From: Adineta vaga
Taxonomy: Eukaryota > Animalia > Rotifera
Length of the DNA stretch: 64,000 bases
Assembly (NCBI GenBank): GCA_021613535.1
Contig: CP075496.1
Location: 15,004,001-15,068,000 of the forward strand
Direction: 5' to 3'
Part shown: positions 12,859 through 25,860 of the stretch, in pieces
Position numbering within the stretch: the stretch's first letter is position 1
Layout of the letters: each line of letters opens with the position of its first letter
The notes under the pieces: model-generated
What the model was told of the DNA's origin: nothing
The model's input: only the letters and a program-made list of their open reading frames with translations
The model's database searches: none
Made by a program: the position numbers and the translations under genes

Positions 12859-13629
12859 GAATAAAATGAGTAAAGAAGATAAAGTGACGCAGAAGGTGAG
12901 TCTAACGCATTGATAAGAAGAAATTTTACGAAAGTTTCTTGTCATAAATCAGCATTGCACGACTATCTAATGTATTGAACATTCACGTGTATTCAAGAGA
13001 AAATATGCGTTAGTAGATTGAATACTCATCATAACAATATCTTGACATGTGTCAGAAAACAAATATGAAAATTGTGGTGATAAATTATTATATGTTTCAA
13101 TAAGATCAATATTAAAATCCAATATATCAATTTTAATAGATATTGAAGTAGATTTATTTTGTCAAAAATTTAAATTATTATTCATAGGTAGTATATTATA
13201 GATTTTACTTGTGAAAATGCTATAATATGGAGATCAGAAATAATAAATCCATTAAAATTTCCATTTTATTTTAATTCATCATTAATATTAACATTATTTA
13301 TTTTACATTATATTGATATTGAAAAGAAGCTTTATCCATTCGAATATAATCATATTGTTATTGTTCTTTCATTTTTTTTGCTTTGAAATGATTTATAAAA
13401 TATAATTCATCCAAGTTAATTTGTAATACGTGCAAGATTATTAAAATTACCATATTGAAATTCTATGATTATTATGAAAGAACAAATCGAAAATTTCATT
13501 ATGCAAATATAATTCAACAATAAGTTTTACAAATGGGTGAAGAAATTAATCTAATTATTTTCGTTTGAAAAATTTCAAAAGAATTATAAAAAGTAATTAT
13601 CGTATTCATATAGAAAATCATAAGAAAAT

Positions 13630-14022
13630 ATGAAAATCTATCGATACTTCCTTTTATTTCTTTTAATTCAAATTGGAAATAGTGATTTTCATTATTTAAA
13701 ACATCGTCGTGATACAAATGGATGTGGACCAAGATTTTTAAATATTGATCCATTATTGAAAATAACTGGTCTTGATGAGATAATAAAATGTTGTAATGGA
13801 CATGATAATTGTTATGGTACATGTGGAAAATCAAAAGATACATGTGATGATGAATTTGGAAAAAATCTTAATCAAACATGTGAACAATATGGTGGATGGT
13901 TGAAATTGGATGATCAATCAAAAAAAGTAACATGTTCAGTTGGAGGAAAAATTTTATATACAATTGTTAATAATCTTGGACAACCTTTTTATGAAAAAGC
14001 ACAAAAAAAGAATAATTGTTAA
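13630..14022 (+). CDS. Group XII-like secretory phospholipase A2
   Basis: Signal peptide, RR processing site, NGCG, CCNGHDNCYGTCGKSKDTCDDEF with the His-Asp catalytic dyad. Confidence 0.85.
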   Translation: MKIYRYFLLFLLIQIGNSDFHYLKHRRDTNGCGPRFLNIDPLLKITGLDEIIKCCNGHDNCYGTCGKSKDTCDDEFGKNLNQTCEQYGGWLKLDDQSKKVTCSVGGKILYTIVNNLGQPFYEKAQKKNNC

Positions 14023-14229
14023 AGATTTTAATCGAAATATCGAATTTTAATTCTATTTCATAATAAATTAATAAACAATAATAGAAAATGAATATATATA
14101 TATATATACGATTTATAATGTGAAGCTTTGAATTATGTTCAATTTTAAAATAATATTTGATTTTTTTTTCTATATTTTCGATGAAAATATTATCAATTTC
14201 AAATTATTTTTTTTCTATTATCTTTTACC

Positions 14230-14900
14230 AAAACGAGATGGATAAAACTGATGGAAAAATCGCTTTAATCGTTATAGTGATTTGAAAGGTAATTATTAGT
14301 TTTGCACTGTTCAAGAAATCTTTTCCGAAAGTGTAGAATATATTTTTATTATTCGATGTTTCAAAGCATCAACATTTAGCTAATCTTGATCATTTATATG
14401 ATATTATTCGAAAAGAAAAAGGACGTTTAGATATTGTTTTTGATAATGTTAATATTTATTCATTTACATCATTAGAATCAATTATAGAAAAATATTTTCA
14501 TGATATTTTTAATATCAATATTATTTACTGTTCGAAAAACTATATCTTCATTGATTGATGATAAATCAATTATATTCAGTGGTCTTTTATGTTTCTGTGA
14601 AAGGACTTACATTGGTACAAAAGCAGCACTTCGTTCATGTACTCGTTATTGAACTGTTAATTTAAAAGAACAAAAAATTCATGTTAATGTTATAAATTCA
14701 GATATTATTGATACATTTGTATGAGATACGATTTGGACGAAAGAACAAACAGATATATTTCTTGCAAATGTAAAACGTGCTATACCAATGAATCATATTG
14801 ATACAGTTGTGAGAACTATTATTTTTCTTGCTTCAAATAATAGTAATTATATTACTGAAATTGAACTATTTCTTGATGGAAGTTTTTAGCACAAATATAA
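14230..14900 (+). pseudogene. Short-chain dehydrogenase/reductase pseudogene, intronless
   Basis: EKGRLDIVFDNV, YIGTKAALRS, IHVNVINSDIIDT, IFLASNNSNYITEIELFLDG; stops and frameshifts. Confidence 0.7.
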
Positions 14901-15311
14901 AAATTGAGAAATATCTTTTTTTTTTTGTTTTAAATTTAATAAATTTTCCAAGGATACAAATCACATTACTATACAATGTATATAAATGAATAAATAAATA
15001 TTTAATTTAGTTTATCATTTTTTTAGAGATTTGTTGATGTTGGTTCAATACGACGATTTTGACTCAGATAGAATGTAGAATATAACATAGGCCATAATTC
15101 ATTTCTAAACATACTTGATGTTAATGTAGAAAAATAAAATGAAACTGCAAGAAATACATAACTTAATCTACCAGATATACTTGTTATAAAATTTTCTATT
15201 GATATTCGATCAGAACTCTTGTTCAGAATATATAAGAAGAAATAATACTTTAAATCATTCATGGCATTATTATTATTATATAAACAATGATTTGAGCAAA
15301 TAACATTCCAT

Positions 15312-15360
15312 CTTGAGGGCGTGGGTCTACATGAGACTATGCTCTTAACCCATACCCATC
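15312..15360. repeat. Telomere-like hairpin junction motif (copy 3)
   Basis: CTTGAGGGCGTGGGT-ctacatgagactatgctctta-ACCCATACCCATC. Confidence 0.85.
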
Positions 15361-15932
15361 TCTTTTTGCCTTTAAATTTATATTTATGTCGATTCTTTAC
15401 ATTTCCTTATACATAAAGAATGCTATATGTTGGTAAAAAAGAGTCGAAAATAATAACAACATTCTCAAACATCCTTATGGTTTATTACGAAATTTATAAT
15501 TAGCGATAGCAAGCAGAAAAAATATTAACAAATAATAAAAATAAAATCAGTCTTTGGTAAATAGTGTATATAGTATTAGATAAGAATATTCACATAGATA
15601 GTATAGAATTTTGCATTCTTGTGTTTTTGAAAATAAATAGGACTTTTTTTTCTCTTACAAAATAGATCCAACACGACACATTTCATTCATTTTTTGTATA
15701 AAAATCTTTTTCAAAACATAAAATATATAATACAACTGTAAATAGTGAGTATTATTTATAAAAAAGTAATTGATACATTTTTATGTAAAAGATAAATATT
15801 TCTTATAGTGAATGCAATTCTGATCTTATTTTTATATTAATTATTATTGTATCAGTAAATTCGGAAATTATTATTAACTCTTATTTAACAGCAAATAATC
15901 AATAAAGTGATAGTTTAAATAAATCTATTTAG

Positions 15933-16550
15933 AATGGTCTGAAACTGGTGACCTCCGTTATGGACGATGTATGCACGCAGTGTTCTTACTGAAAAATGGA
16001 AATGTTATAGTCACTGGTGCAGGTTCTGGAGACTATTTACATACGACAGAATTGTTTCATATATCAACAGGAAATTGGTCACTTACCTGATAGTGTGAAT
16101 ACTAGTCGATACAAACATACAGCATCTATTTTATCGAATGGAAAAGTATTAGTCAATAGTGGATTTACTGATGGTGAAGGTTTTGTACGTAGTAGTGAAT
16201 TGTATGATCCATTGACAGGAACATAAAAATTAGTTGCTAGCATGCCATATCCAGCACGTCTTCATGCAGCTGTCTCATTAAAAAATCGTAAATTATTAGT
16301 CAATGGTGGATACAATGAAAATCGAGATGCTTTAAAAACTGCTGCTGTATTTGATCCATCGACAGAAACGTGGACAACGACTAGTAGTATGCATCATATA
16401 CGAGGTATGAATACAGCATCTCTATTGCCAAGTGGAAATGTTTTAGTAGCTGGTGAATGTCGTACTAGTGTTTATGCTAGTAGTAAAAATACTGCTGAGA
16501 TATGTAATCTAAAAACAGAAAAATAGACAAATACTAGTAGTGTGGTAACT
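15933..16550 (+). pseudogene. Kelch-repeat pseudogene
   Basis: RYKHTASILSNGKVLV...SSELYDPLTGT*; repeats interrupted by stops and frameshifts. Confidence 0.8.
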
Positions 16551-16661
16551 AAACATACTTTCAAAAGAGTTCTCTATGTGGGTACGTAAAAGATCAACAG
16601 TAATCATAGACATGCATATATATATATATATAGATAGATTTCTTTATTTATTAATCGAACA

Positions 16662-18388
16662 TTAACTTTCCAATTTCGTTTTTACAATATCAATATTTTC
16701 CTGAACAATTTGAATATGAGATTGATTCGATGGTACTGGCAATTTTAAAATATCTAGAGCATGTTCATAATATGAGAGTGCTGTCGAATATTCTTTCATC
16801 TGGCCATAAACTCGACCGATGTTGTTATAGATATTAGCGAAGTATAGATGCTTTTGTGAAAGAGTTTTCTCGAAGATTTCAACTGATTTTTCATAAAATG
16901 AAAGTGCTTTCGAAAATTCTCCAATCTGTTGATATCGTACACCGATATTATTGTAGGAACCGGCCACATCAGGATGATTTGAAGCAAGTGCTTTTTCATA
17001 AAATGGAAGTGCATTTGTATACATGCCCATATTCTCGCACACTTTAACAATATGTTATTGATTGCATTAGCAAGCGAAATATGATCTCGAGGAAACATCT
17101 TTTCATCAATTATAAGTGATTCTTGAAAGAATAATAATGCCTGTTTGTAGTCACGCTGTTCAGTTTTAACTACCCCAAGTTGATAATAAGTATCACGTTT
17201 TTCTTTTTCATCTGTTGTTCGTTCTTGTACAGCTGAATAAATTTGTTCGGCTTGACTAAAAGCACCAAGTTTCATTAATAGTTGCCCCATTCGATGCCAT
17301 CCTTTTGCATTCGGAAAAGTTTCTTTACGTATCTGTTCGGTAAGAGTGAGAAGTTATTGATCATTGTCAGTATTTTAGTTAATTGAAGTTCTACTTCATA
17401 TAGACGATCATTATTTTCGATAATCTTCAACTTTTTTATACGAAATATAGTGTGCATAGAGAATAGAATTTCTCGTTCAGTATCGAAGTAGCTCATCTCG
17501 TCAATAAGAGCGAATGGAATTGATGAAACAGATGGATCAACTGATACTTTGAAAAGTATTCCACAGAGCACCTCTAGCAAACGTAAGAGATGTCTCTTGT
17601 TCTACACTGGTAGAGAGAAAACTGTTAAATGATATGAGATCTTCTATATTTTTAAGTTTTTCAAATCTTTATTGGATAATCCCTGTCCACGATATACGAT
17701 GCGGAGATTAGTAAGTTGCCTTTCACATTGTTCTCGATGAAGTTTTTGTATTTTTTGATGTAAGTCACGAATAAAGAAATCCATTTTCATGATAGTCTCT
17801 GATTCCAGACTGCGTAACGCTCGATTGGTCATTTTATATATAAAACAGTCCCGTGTGTACCACGATATAGCTGTATTATATTGATAAGTATTTTCAAATT
17901 CCTCAATAATTTTTTGGTGATTCGGACTGTTGATGAATTCCTTACGACAATAAATACCCAAATCTTGGATAGAGATCGATGATCATAATTCAAATCGAAT
18001 AGAATTTTCTTAAAAATCTGCGTATACATAAATGATGATTCTAGTTGGTCGCAATTTTGATTCAATACATTGTTAATCCCCACCTATATATATATATAGA
18101 ATCTATTTGTATTCTATCATGAATTAATGGCACTAAATATTGTTCGGATTTTCCCAAAATAATCGCAAATACAGCGTCATTCTCAGCATTGGTAATGTAA
18201 TCGATACATTGATCAGGATTAGTAAATAAATTTGTATCATAAATAATTTCTTGTAATTTTTCTAAGATATTTTGATGATCTTCTTTATGTTCATCGATGT
18301 TTACATCTAACCAAATTACTAAGTAATTTTCAAATAGCCGACACTGTCGATGTATCGTATTTGTTTGATCCAAAGTTGTTTTTGACAT
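16662..18388 (-). pseudogene. ADP-ribosyltransferase + TPR protein pseudogene
   Basis: VIWLD N-terminus, AISWYTRD, VYRGQGL, EREILFSMHTIFRI, C-terminal TPR repeats; split over at least 6 ORFs. Confidence 0.85.
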
Positions 18389-18820
18389 GGAAGTTTTCGT
18401 ATTGAATGAATCAGTTAATTCTAACTAGCAATAGTTTCGTTTGTTGAGTATATTGTAACGAACGATATAAATGATAAATAGTGGTCAGAAGGCAACGAAC
18501 AAAAATTTTCCATTGTGTATTTCTTGTTTCTTCCTTTTCTACTCGATGATTGATTGTAACGCTTTGATAATTTCGTATAAAATAATGAAGAATATACATA
18601 TTGAGATTTTACTAAAATTGATTCAGACTTATTTTTTTCAATTTTCTTAACTATGATTATAAGGAAAAGGTAAGATAAAGTGGATGAAAATGAGAAGTGA
18701 GCAATTAAATATAGCGTTTAGTGTTCAATTGCATTCATGCGCACAAGAGCAGTCATTCTATTTTACAATGTTGAAGATATGGAAATCATATCCGACCGGA
18801 AAACGATTCGAGGAATTGTT

Positions 18821-18894
18821 AAGGATGTAGTATTAACATATTTACAGATCAGTCTCATCTAAAACGCCATCCTCATTCTCACACCCTCTTCAAG
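18821..18894. repeat. Telomere-like junction motif (copy 4)
   Basis: AAGGATGTAG ... CCATCCTCATTCTCACACCCTCTTCAAG. Confidence 0.65.
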
Positions 18895-19197
18895 ATTTAT
18901 ACAAAACAATTAATTACCATTATAGATCGTTATGAATAGTACAGACACAGAATATTATGATGATAAAAAGTTTTTGAATATTTTTTTATCTGTATCACAA
19001 TTTTATTTAGTTTTTTTTTATCACGTTCAAATATTGTTTTTTTTTGTGAGAATATGTGATTGGAGATATTTAATAAATCGATGAATGACAAAATGTCATA
19101 TCATAAATAAATTCAACACTAAATTATATAGAAGTCTATTTCAGATAAGAGATAATTTATGTGCCTCATTCTTTTTTTTATTATTCAAAATAGTTCA

Positions 19198-20133
19198 ATG
19201 ATGGTAAACAAAGTGTTAATATCGCTGCTTCTCGTCTTGGCTACGCATGTTCATATTGAGTTATCTGCAATGAAATGTTCAATATATTGTTCACTTAAAT
19301 ATAATCTTTCTTCAAATCATTGAACTTGGTACAATTGTTCGAATGATCGCCCGCAACTTCAAATTGATGCCTGTTCTGCAAATATCGCTTTTCGCTACGA
19401 ACTCAGTTTGATCCAAATCTTTCTCGAGTACCATCTTTTTTCTTCAGTGATTCCGATCCGTTTAGATCGGTATGGTGAGCGCAAAATTATTCAGACAGTT
19501 ATTGATCTACATACTGGTATATTCAGTAATACTATTTTTTATCTATGTAATTATCATGAAAACTGTAGTTACATTTTTGTTCTCGATGCTATTGAGAAAT
19601 ATCGTTCAATATCTTATGAAAATTTGACCAATGGTGTACGATCAATGCTAATAAATCCTAATGATAACAATACATCATCATCAAAATTTTATTGTTTTTC
19701 CGGAAAGATTAAGACAAGACTTTGTGAAATACGTAGTTGTTATGCCCTAGTAAAAGAAGTTCAAGGAAATATATCAGTAAATTGGGAATGCGGTAAACAA
19801 ACCAATCAGTCATATATTAATATTCAAAGAGACTATTCGTTTAACAGAGCATTATATGAGCTCAGACTTGAATGCAACCAATCATTATGTAATAATGGAA
19901 CAACTATGACAATGGTCTATCAATTGATCATACGCGAATATCAGATTCCTGGTGAAGTTTCAAATGCTGTAACAGTAATTTACAACGATTTATCTACTCA
20001 TCCACCAACATATGAAATTAGCACGATCACTGCACTCACAAATACCATGAGCTTTACGACTAAAGATGATAGTAGTTGTTTTTTAAATAGAATCTATGTA
20101 CTTCTTTTATTAATGGTCTTCTTTTCTATCTAA
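19198..20133 (+). pseudogene. Cys-rich secreted/GPI-anchored protein with one in-frame TGA (19321-19323)
   Basis: Signal peptide MMVNKVLISLLLVLA in frame with ORF 19408-20133; CNQSLCN motif; hydrophobic C-terminus. Confidence 0.65.
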
Positions 20134-20296
20134 TACGATCAGAAGTAAAATAAGTCTGAAAACTCTCTTCGGTAACTCTCTCTTCTACAACTTCGCCTCA
20201 CCTTCAACTTTTTTTATTGTGCATAAAATTATTTTTTTTCTCTTTCTTATTTTCATTCAACACTTATAAACTAACATCAATTTAATAGAATAAATG

Positions 20297-20540
20297 ACAA
20301 TCACCAACAGACTTTCATCCGTACGATCATCTTATAAATATTTCCTTTGAATTTCTGTGTAACTCACTGCGGCTATTCATTGAATAGTCGATTCCTCATG
20401 AGATAGGGATGCAAAGAAAAAGAATAAAACGTGAAAAAAAATCATTTTTATTCTATCAGGCTCTTTTTTCTATTGTGTCGCATATCTCACATCAAATATA
20501 TTCTATCTATCTTCCTTCTTTTCGATCTATCTGAGACAAA
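20297..20540 (+). repeat. Dispersed repeat, copy B of 8120-8340
   Basis: Near-identical to copy A, with about 20 extra bases near the 3' end. Confidence 0.9.
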
Positions 20541-22785
20541 TGTCGTCAGGACAAAAATCTCTAAATTTGTATTTTAAAAGAAAAGAAATTGCCGAAGAGT
20601 CGGACTACAATTTAACAAAAAAGAATAAATTAAATGATAATTTAAATAATATTACGAATGAATAGAAGAGAAATTGTAATTATGTTGTAAAAAAATTAAT
20701 TAAGTTTTGTATAATTTATTATAGAACAAAAAATTTTGGAGGTAGTAGCCCATCCTAAAACACCAGCCGCTCACCCGAAGAATGAAACCTAGATAAAACA
20801 CTGCATACATGTACATCAAATCAATCAATACCTGGTATTGAGTAGTATTGAGTCAATATCTGTCAATTCCAAGTATTGGTACTGCGACATGCCTAATTCG
20901 ATCCAAGAATAGTAAATACAAATCGAATTGTTTCTAACTATATCTTCTTGTTTCCTTCCTAAAAATTTGGATAAGCCAAATATGTCAGTGATTCTTGACC
21001 AAGCATAAGACGAAAATCATAGGAGAAAATGATAAAAATCAGAAGGTTTGGCAACCCTGGTTCAGAAATTATATCGAATGCTTGAAATAAACTTTCAGAA
21101 CGAGAAGGAAGACAGAAACACTGACTTAATTTGCTTGTACAGGTATATACATTTTTGTTGAAGAAAATTTTGGGGAATCTAAATCTTTATTCTGAAGATT
21201 ATAGTTGTTATCTTAATAAACATGATAGTCAAAGTGAAGTGGAATCTGAAGAAAATATTTCAGTTGAAGTTGATGATGAAGTAGATTCAAAAGAATCATT
21301 AAGAATGAGTTCACAGAATCGATTTAAAAGTTTTCAAAGATCATAAATAGTTATTCCAAGTGAACGTTCAAATAAATTAATGTCTTTCATCGCTAGATTT
21401 AATTATAGTTCGAATAGAAATCTTCTTTTCTTTTTCCTTTATTTTATATATAAGGTTACATTTATTACTACAAAGGAAGATACCTTCTAAAGATAGATTC
21501 CTTTGTTTTATTATAATTATATATTTTGATGGATTCTGTTCAATTTTTTCTTTTACTATTAATTCTTGTGAAAATAGTGTATATGAATGGAACAAACAGT
21601 CAATCGTTATAAGTTTAATCCTTAGATATAGTCACCGGAAAGAGAAAGAAAATGTGTTCTTTTATGAGAAATCAGCGTGTATACCTGCAAAAATTTAAGA
21701 AAGAGAAATGTATAAATTTCTCAATCACGTGGAAATGTCCTGCACTTTCCACAATTTAAACGAGAATGAGATTGGATTGTGATTTGATTCTATAGTATAG
21801 ATATATTCGATCATGTCGTTGTTTTCTACCTTTTATACAAATTTTAGATGGGTAATGAAACTTACAACGTCGGTTTTGATGGAGCTGCTTTCGTTCGCTA
21901 TCGATACAACAACAGCCATATCCAGTTGTAATTGCAACGGTAAATATAAATTGTAAAAATCCTATTAATTTAACATTACTTTTTTAGTTCGAAAAAATAG
22001 AAAACAAGAATACAGTCGTTTATCAATACTTGAACAAGTACTGGATCGCGTAGATCATAATTTAAATGATGAAGAACAAGACCGATTAATAGTCTCTCAT
22101 ACAGCGATTCGTTCGATCTAACGATACTGTGGTAAATAAAAAAATTAATACTACTGATAGAAGTTTTTTGTTTAGAAATTGAACTTCTCAATAATTGAAC
22201 GATATTCGATATGATTAAACAAGAAGAAAAGAATTTAATAAAACTAGAACAACGTGTTCTTTATTGACATATATACCAGAAGTGTCAAACTTGAAACTTG
22301 AATTAAATCGAATATAAATTTCAAGCTTGACACGTATGACTCTGACCGAGAATTATTATACGCCGTCTGGTGATAAAGGTGACCGATATCAATAAAACAA
22401 TTTAAATCAATATCATGGATGAAAGAAACCCAAATTTCTAATGTATACGACGATATTTCATCAACGCTGAGTAATACTCTTTTCGCTCGTACTGCAGATA
22501 TTGTTAGGTAGTGATTGACCAAAGACCAGCTGATACCACATATATGACGTCATGTAGATCACTTTTTCACACTATATATATATATATCTTTTGATCTCTG
22601 AATAAAAGTAGTTCATATATCGAATAACATCTTTCTCAAACATTGATATTTCACGTTTACGAAAGAAACTAGCTTTACAATATTGATTTTAACGGAAGCT
22701 CTTTACTGCTTTATTCCATTTTTCCACCGGATACAAATTCACTAATTCATCACAAACCATATAATACATTTGAAATGCCAACGTG

Positions 22786-22832
22786 CTGAGGGTGGGTGTG
22801 AATAAAGGCAACAACACCCACCCACACTCGAG
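22786..22832. repeat. Telomere-like hairpin junction motif (copy 5)
   Basis: CTGAGGGTGGGTGTG-aataaaggcaacaa-CACCCACCCACACTCGAG. Confidence 0.85.
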
Positions 22833-23606
22833 TCGATAACTAGATATAATATCGCGTAACCAAAACGGATCTAATGAAAATATAAAAATCAATAATCATC
22901 AATTTTTTGTTATACGAAATAACTATCCGTTTTCGACTCCTGGACAAATTTCGTCACTTCCGAATAAAACTTAACCTTTCATGATATATATATATATATA
23001 TATTATTGTATTATTTATCATGTCTCGATTTGAATACATTTTGTGTATAATCAGTCCACTGTAAGATATTATATATGTGATACATAATGTGCGAAACGAA
23101 AGAATAAGTTAGGATTCACGTGAAAAAGAAAGGAAATAAAAAGGTAAATATTAAGCGAATGTCCGACTATCGTCTATGTTTATATCATTGATCAATACTT
23201 ATTTACTATTATTTGTGTTTGAAAGTTTGAAGGTAAGAGAATATTTCTAAGACAAAATATATTTTATCAAATCTTCTTTCTGTTTTATTTGATAAATAAC
23301 CAGCGATTTACGTGAGAATGTTCATATTCAACAAGATATCATACTTCTATTATACCTCATTTCGAAGTACTTTCTCATTGTTTTTATTAAATATGTATAA
23401 TATTAAAGAACGGTTCATAAATAACACGACGACAGAAATTTTATTCGCTAAGTATAATGAAGATCAAAATTTCGTTGTGATGTTTAATTAAGAGTTTATG
23501 TAATCATGTCTATATGATTTTTCAAAGTTAAATACTTTCATTCGTGGAAAAATGAATCTTTATTATCAACACTCTCTTTCAGATCGTGTTTCACAAAAAA
23601 ACGGTT

Positions 23607-24657
23607 ATGTCATCTTCGAATGATCTTGGTGAATGGTATAGACGTATACCAGCAATAACTCGTGTTTGGTTTACATGTTCTATTATATTTCCATTAGCTG
23701 TAGCATTAAACATAGTTTATATGCATCAACTTCTTCTTATTATTAATCCTATTATAAAACATTTCGAAGTATGAGTGGTTTTTCTTTATAAATCTTCTTC
23801 TTTAATGTTTTATCTTTCTAACAGATATGGCGATTATTGACGTCTGTTTTTGTTTATTTTTTGGGCTTGAAATATCTCGTCAAATTATATTTTCTTTATC
23901 AATATAGTTCACGTCTGGAAACAGGTAAATTCTTGTTTAGAAAAACAAAATCCAATGTTTATGTGTTATTTGACTTTTTTCTTCTTCTTTGAACAGATAC
24001 ATTTAGTGATAGACCAGCTGATTATATTTTTTGTTTAACATTTCTTTGGATATGTAATATTATTGTCGGTTTAACTTTTTCAATGCCTGTAAATGAATAT
24101 TTTGTTAATTTCAATTTGATAAAAATTTATTTTTTTTTCTTGAAAGATATTGATGATTAGTATGATTATGAGTGTTGTTTATATTTGGTGTCAATTAAAT
24201 CAACAAATAATTGTATCATTTTGGTTCGGTATGAAATTCAAAGCAATGTATTTGCCATGGGCTCTTTTAATATTCAACTGGATTGTTAACAAATCGTATG
24301 TTAATTCTTTTGTTTTTTCTTCATAATTTATTTTTATTTTATTTAGATTTAAAGAAGATTTCTTTGGTATTATTATTGGTCATCTTTATTATTTTCTTAT
24401 TTTTAAATATCCACGAGATTTTGGTGGTGCACGATTAATTCGTACACCAACATTTTTGTATGTATATTTGATAAATAATAAAAAAGAAATATGTGAATTG
24501 TATTTTTATATATCGTTATTTTCCGAGTAAACGACGTAGTATGAGTGGTTTTAGTACAGAATCAGTAAATCGTCAAGAATCGAATAACGTCGATGATAAC
24601 AACTATGATGGTTTTCGAATATTTGGAGGTCGTGGTCATGTTCTCGGGACTCGTTAA
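23607..24657 (+). CDS. DERL1: Derlin-1-like ERAD membrane protein (6 exons)
   Basis: WYRRIPAITRVWF, IWRLLT, YFLYQYSSRLET, RPADY, VSFWFGMKFKAMYLPW, GHLYYFL..KYP, C-terminal SHP box FGGRGHVLG. Confidence 0.9.
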
Positions 24658-25080
24658 AAGGAAAAACTTTATCTATTTTCTTATATTTTGTTCAAATAAA
24701 GTGATGAAAACAAAATTAGAAAAAAAAACAAACAAATCGATTCTTTTTCTTTTTGTTTATACGATATAAGTTCTAAACGAATCTTTCGATTGTTATGAAA
24801 TTTCGTACACAGATTTGACTCACCGATATCTCGATCGAGTTCGAAGACGAGAATAATTTATTCAGAATTCACGGAGTTACAAGAAAAAATGATCATGAAA
24901 CGTTCTATATGTTGTAAATGCATTAACAACAATTATATTATTGTTTATTAATTGTAATTTTTTATTTATTCGTCTATTCATTTTTAGATGATGGTGAGAG
25001 AATATAAAATGAAATTATAAAAAGAGTTAACTGATTATGAAAGTCTCTTCTCAAGAAATCAATTCATTTATCATTCATGT

Positions 25081-25118
25081 ACACACACACACACACACAC
25101 CCTCACCCACACCCTCAA
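25081..25118. repeat. Telomere-like junction motif (copy 6; C-rich arm extended by (CA)n)
   Basis: (AC)n-CCTCACCCACACCCTCAA. Confidence 0.8.
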
Positions 25119-25860
25119 TAATTGAAGAAAAATAATCAGCTAAATATAACCATAGAGAATCTCGAGTTGATTTCATACAAGTTGAAATAATTAAATATGG
25201 TAAAGTTAAACTAATAAGAATCAATTGTGTAATAAGAATATTTTTATATTGTTGAAATTGATTTTTTAAATTTTGTTTTGTATGTTTGATTTATTTATAT
25301 AATTGAACGTCGACGAACTGATTGAAATATAATTAATTATAAATTCAATTAATATAGAAGCAACGATATGATTTGATAAAATTCTCATTTGTGTAAATAA
25401 TAAATAGCAAAATATAATTTGAAATAAATTCATTGTTAACAAAGATAATATTTCGATTAGAAAAAAAGCATGTGACTTTGTAATCATATATGATGATGAT
25501 TTCTTTTTCTATTTAGAATAAGTTTCTAATTTAGTTTTTTCTTTAACGTCACTACTATTTTGTTTAATTAATCGAGTGTTATAAGGATACATAAATTCTT
25601 CAACACCTACGCGATAATAAAAAGAAAATGTATTTTTTTTTATATGCTAATTAGAATATTTTCGGAACAGTCATATGACATAAAAAATGAGAGGCAACAT
25701 GAACATTTATTTTGTATTTAAACAAAAAAAAGAAAATTTCAATTAGTTGTTTTTATAAATAATAAAATGAAAGAGAGAGAAAAAAGAGATATAAAAAGGA
25801 CATTCATTAGTAGTTAATACTTATATTTTCAAGGAAGAAATTGAAATTTGACAAATTAGA

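Noticed and set aside
21769-22520. Possible spliced gene fragments
   Set aside because: Exon-like stretches contain stops and no recognisable family; no model could be built.
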